Shown piece after piece: positions 57,505 through 64,000 of a DNA stretch of 64,000 bases; position 1 is the stretch's first letter; the number at the start of each line of letters is the position of its first letter. Origin of the DNA: the human T2T-CHM13v2.0 reference genome, Homo sapiens; assembly GCF_009914755.1 (NCBI RefSeq), contig NC_060948.1. One strand, given 5' to 3'. The notes under the pieces are model-generated. The model saw only the letters and a program-made list of their open reading frames with translations. It made no database searches and was not told the origin of the DNA. A program made the translations under genes and the position numbers.

Positions 57505-59632
57505 AGATCCATATTTTTTAAATGAAAAAAAATTTCAAAGGTACTCTGCTTGGTACAATAATCAAATGTATAAACTGAGGAATAAAACATAACCATGAAA
57601 CCTACTTATAACTGCATATGGAAAATACAGAGGATAATTTTTTAAATAACATATTTTGAAAGCCTTAACTAGTAATTTGAAGAGTTGGCATTTGAAAGGC
57701 CAGTATGAATATGCCTTCAAAGCAGCAACACAGGTTCCCCATGAGAAAAAGCAAACACAGGGAAAATAAAAACACAAAGGTTCAATCTCTTCTGACCTTT
57801 GAAAGACACAGCACAGACAGTGGTCCTTAGGACGAAGAGCAGGAGACCCCTAATTCCGTCACCATGGCGATAGGGCATAAACATTGCTGGGTGAGGGCAC
57901 AATCCACATTGTGAGGTCCAACTGCTGCCAGGAAGACAGGAGTGCTTTTACATAGACCGAAAGGTCATTGAAGGCTCAGAGTTTTGTTTCAAGAACTGAA
58001 TCCCAAGCCCACACGATATTAGGCTGCGCTTCTTAAAACAAGTTATGAGATGGGAAAAAGGGCACCCACAAACATACGTATACATTATGTATATAATAAT
58101 ATACAGTATCATATATATAATATATATAACCTATGTATAATATTGTTTTACATCCTGCATCTTATGTTATATATATTGTATAAAATATAATAATTGATAA
58201 TATATAAGTTTTATATTTATACAATATGACATATAGTATATATTATAATTTATGACATATATAATATATGTTATATATCATATATAGAATATATTATATG
58301 TTTAATATACGTATTAAATATAAATTATACATTATATATATTATATATAATATATCTGTTATATATAATACCCATTATGCATAATATATATATTATGTCT
58401 ATGTTATATATAGTATAAAACAACATATAATAATATATAATTGTATATATAAAATGCGACATATAATATATATTATATTTTATAACATATGTAATATATA
58501 TTATATATTATATATAATACGTTGTATGTATAATACCTATATTAAATATATATTATATGACTATGTTATTAATTACATGTCACATGTGTTATATATTATA
58601 TATTTTACATAGAATATACCGGTTACATACAATATATACTATGTTACCTATAATGTATAATTTCTTACATGTAAAATAAAGAATGCAATATATTATGTAT
58701 AATTTATAATATACAATATGTGGAATGTGATATATATAACATATAATATATGATATATGATATACAGTATATGATATATAACATACAATATATGATTGCT
58801 AATATATATGGTATACAATATATATTTTATGACATGTATTCTATATGTTTTATATTCTGTTATATATAACTATTTGAAATTATATATAACTGTATAATAT
58901 TTTATGTAAATATGTAATATAATATATATAACTATATAATATATTATATATAACTATATATTATGTTATATATACTTTTATAACATAATTTGCGTAAAAT
59001 ATCATAATATAATATATATTATATTATTTCATATTACATAATATATATTACATATCACCCAATATAACTAACATACATAATATTATAATATAGATTATAT
59101 TATGTTATATTAAATATCATATATATCATGTATCATATATTCTATAATATATATTACACATTATATAATATGTATGTTGTCTATTATGTGATATATATAA
59201 CTCTATATATAATTATATTATTATACATATAACTAGATAAACATGTAATTCTACATATTTTCATTTATAATATGAAGAATTATATAATCATATATAATTA
59301 TTTATATTCTATAAAAAATTTTATGATTATATAAATTATAATATATAAAAATTATAATATGTACTACAAATATATATATTATATATCATATCTGATATAG
59401 TACCTTTGTTATATATCATAATACATATAAATGTGTATTATGTTATCTATAATTATATAATTTCATATATAAGATGTATAATATGTATCATATATTATAT
59501 ATGTTATGTAATATATACAGTATATATAAGATGACACAGGATAAATATTATATACTATGACATATAAAATATATCAGGTTATATGTTACATATAAGGCAT
59601 AGCACATAACATGTAATATATATCATATATAA

Positions 59633-59924
59633 TTTTTTTTTAGACAGAATCTCGTCCTGTTGCACAGGGTGGGGTACAATGGCACCATCTTTGCTCACTG
59701 AAACTTCTGCCTCACGGGTCCAAGCGATTGTCCTCCCTCAGCCTCCCAGGTAGCTGGGACTACACCACACTGGGACTACACCAGCTGCCACCATGCCTAG
59801 CTAATTTTTTGGATTTTTATTAGTGACAGCGTTTCACTGTATTGGCCAGGATGGTCTTGATCTCTTCACCTTGTGATCCCCTTGCCTTGGCCTCCAAATT
59901 TGCTGGGATTACAGGCCTGAGCCA
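59633..59924 (-). mobile_element. Alu copy, unit 25 (58050-60469)
   Basis: Same Alu with several private substitutions. Confidence 0.93.
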
Positions 59925-62029
59925 AGATCCATATTTTTTAAATGAAAAAAAATTTCAAAGGTACTCTGCTTGCTACAATAATCAAATGTATAAACTGAGG
60001 AATAAAACATAACCATGAAACCTACTTATAACTGCATATGGAAAATACAGAGGATAATTTTTTAAATAACATATTTTGAAAGCCTTAACTAGTAATTTGA
60101 AGAGCTGGCATTTGAAAGGCCTGTATGAATATACCTTCAAAGCAGCAACACAGGTTCCCCATGAGAAAAAGCAAACACAGGGAAAATAAAAACACAAAGG
60201 TTCAATCTCTTCTGACCTTTGAAAGACACAGCACAGACAGTGGTCCTTAGGACGAAGAGCAGGAGACCCCTAATTCCGTCACCATGGCGATAGGGCATAA
60301 ACATTGCTGGGTGAGGGCACAATCCACATTGTGAGGTCCAACTGCTGCCAGGAAGACAGGAGTGCTTTTACATAGACCGAAAGGTCATTGAAGGCTCAGA
60401 GTTTTGTTTCAAGAAATGAATCCCAAGCCCACACGTTATTAGGCTGCGCTTCTTAAAACAAGTTATGAGATGGGAAAAAGGGCACCCACAAACATACGTA
60501 TACATTATGTATATAATAATATACAGTATCATATATATAATATATATAACCTATGTATAATATTGTTTTACATCCTGCATCTAATGTTATATATATTGTA
60601 TAAAATATAATAATTGATAATATATAAGTTTTATAATTATACAATATGACATATAGTATATATTATAATTTATGACATATATAATATATGTTATATGTCA
60701 TATATAGAATATATTATACGGTTAATATACGTATTAAATATAAATTATACATTATATATATTATATATAATATATCTGTTATATATAATACCCATTATGC
60801 ATAATATATATATTATGTCTATGTTATATATAGCATAAAACAACATATAATAATATATAATTGTATATATAAAATGCGACATATAATATATATTATATTT
60901 TATTACATATGTAATATATATTATATATTATATATAATACGTTGTATGTATAATACCTATATTAAATATATATTATATGACTATGTTATTAATTACATGT
61001 CACATGCGTTATATATTATATATTTTATATAGAATATACCGGTTACATACAATATATACTATGTTACCTATAATGTATAATTTATTACATGTAAAATAAA
61101 GAATGCAATATATTATGTAAAATTTATAATATACCATATGTGGAATGTGATATATATAACATATAATATATGATATATGATGTACAGTATATGATATATA
61201 ACATACAATATATGATTCCTAATATATATGGTATACAATATATATTTTATGTTATGTATTCTATATGTTTTATATTCTGTTATATATAACTATTTGAAAT
61301 TATATATAACTGTATAATATTTTATGTAAATATGTAATATAATATATATAACTATATAATATATTATATATAACTATATATTATGTTATATATACTTTTA
61401 TAACATAATTTACATAAAATATCATAATATAATATATATTATATTATTTCATATTACATAATATATATTACATATCACCCAATATAACTAACATACATAA
61501 TATTATAATATAGATTATATTATGTTATATTAAATATCATATATATCATGTATCATATATTCTATAATATATATTACACCTTATATAATATGTATGTTGT
61601 CTATTATGTGATATATATAACTATATATATAATTATATTTTTATACATATAACTAGATAAACATGTAATTCTACATATTTTCATTTATAATATGTAGAAT
61701 TATATAATCATATATAATTATTTATATTCAATAAAAAATTTTATCATTATATAAATTATAATATATAAAAATTATAATATGTACTACAAATATATATATT
61801 ATATATCATATATGATATAGTACCTTTGTTATATATCATAATACATATAAATGTGTATTATGTTATCTATAATTATATAATTTCATATATAAGATGTATA
61901 ATATGTATCATATATTATATATGTTATGTAATATATATAGTATATATAAGATGACACAGGATAAATATTATATACTATGACATATAAAATATATGAGGTT
62001 ATATGTTACATATAAGGCATACCACATAA

Positions 62030-62344
<315 letters not shown>

Positions 62345-62889
62345 AGATCCATATTTTTTAAATGAAAAAAAATTTCAAAGGTACTCTGCTTGGTACAATA
62401 ATCAAATGTATAAACTGAGGAATAAAACATAACCATGAAACCTACTTATAACTGCATATGGAAAATACAGAGGATAATTTTTTAAATAACATATTTTGAA
62501 AGCCTTAACTAGTAATTTGAAGAGTTGGCATTTGAAAGGCCAGTATGAATATACCTTCAAAGCAGCAACACAGGTTCCCCATGAGAAAAAGCAAACACAG
62601 GGAAAATAAAAACACAAAGGTTCAATCTCTTCTGACCTTTGAAAGACACAGCACAGACAGTGGTCCTTAGGACGAAGAGCAGGAGACCCCTAATTCCGTC
62701 ACCATGGCGATAGGGCATAAACATTGCTGGGTGAGGGCACAATCCACATTGTGAGGTCCAACTGCTGCCAGGAAGACAGGAGTGCTTTTACATAGACCGA
62801 AAGGTCATTGAAGGCTCAGAGTTTTGTTTCAAGAACTGAATCCCAAGCCCACACGTTATTAGGCTGCGCTTCTTAAAACAAGTTATGAG

Positions 62890-64000
62890 ATGGGAAAAAG
62901 GGCACCCACAAACATACGTATACATTATGTATATAATAATATACAGTATCATATATATAATATATATAACCTATGTATAATATTGTTTTACATCCTGCAT
63001 CTAATGTTATATATATTGTATAAAATATAATAATTGATAATATATAAGTTTTATAATTATACAATATGACATATAGTATATATTATAATTTATGACATAT
63101 ATAATATATGTTATATGTCATATATAGAATATATTATACGGTTAATATACGTATTAAATATAAATTATACATTATATATATTATATATAATATATCTGTT
63201 ATATATAATACCCATTATGCATAATATATATATTATGTCTATGTTATATATAGCATAAAACAACATATAATAATATATAATTGTATATATAAAATGCGAC
63301 ATATAATATATATTATATTTTATTACATATGTAATATATATTATATATTATATATAATACGTTGTATGTATAATACCTATATTAAATATATATTATATGA
63401 CTATGTTATTAATTACATGTCACATGCGTTATATATTATATATTTTATATAGAATATACCGGTTACATACAATATATACTATGTTACCTATAATGTATAA
63501 TTTATTACATGTAAAATAAAGAATGCAATATATTATGTAAAATTTATAATATACCATATGTGGAATGTGATATATATAACATATAATATATGATATATGA
63601 TGTACAGTATATGATATATAACATACAATATATGATTCCTAATATATATGGTATACAATATATATTTTATGTTATGCATTCTATATGTTTTATATTCTGT
63701 TATATATAACTATTTGAAATTATATATAACTGTATAATATTTTATGTAAATATGTAATATAATATATATAACTATATAATATATTATATATAACTATATA
63801 TTATGTTATATATACTTTTATAACATAATTTACATAAAATATCATAATATAATATATATTATATTATTTCATATTACATAATATATATTACATATCACCC
63901 AATATAACTAACATACATAATATTATAATATAGATTATATTATGTTATATTAAATATCATATATATCATGTATCATATATTCTATAATATATATTACACC
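62890..64000. repeat. Partial unit 27 (AT-rich domain, cut by the window end)
   Basis: Anchor at 62890 followed by an AT-rich domain almost identical to that of unit 26. Confidence 0.9.

Overview
The whole window is one uninterrupted head-to-tail array of a ~2.42-kb composite satellite: 26 complete units plus a partial 27th, all in the same orientation, 2413-2422 bp long (mode 2420) and nearly identical. Each unit has three parts: (i) ~1.55 kb of extremely AT-rich degenerate (TA)n-like sequence, (ii) a ~290-bp diverged Alu on the minus strand, 5'-truncated and carrying an internal 16-bp duplication, and (iii) a ~0.55-kb moderate-GC segment. This architecture matches the human DYZ2 / HSat1B satellite, best known from Yq12 heterochromatin, with related copies on acrocentric short arms. 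I find no credible protein-coding or RNA gene, and no new gene system; the repeated ORFs are by-products of the repeat. The most interesting signal lies in the unit-specific variants. They show a nested higher-order structure: a 5-unit (~12.09-kb) tandem duplication containing older 2-unit repeats, chimeric and converted units, and a long-range echo of units 9-10 at units 24-27. Unit numbering uses an arbitrary phase starting at ATGGGAAAAAGGGCACCC, with starts at 1, 2423, 4845, 7265, 9681, 12094, 14514, 16929, 19349, 21769, 24189, 26607, 29024, 31442, 33862, 36282, 38697, 41114, 43533, 45953, 48373, 50792, 53212, 55631, 58050, 60470 and 62890. All variant calls were made by eye and need confirming by alignment.
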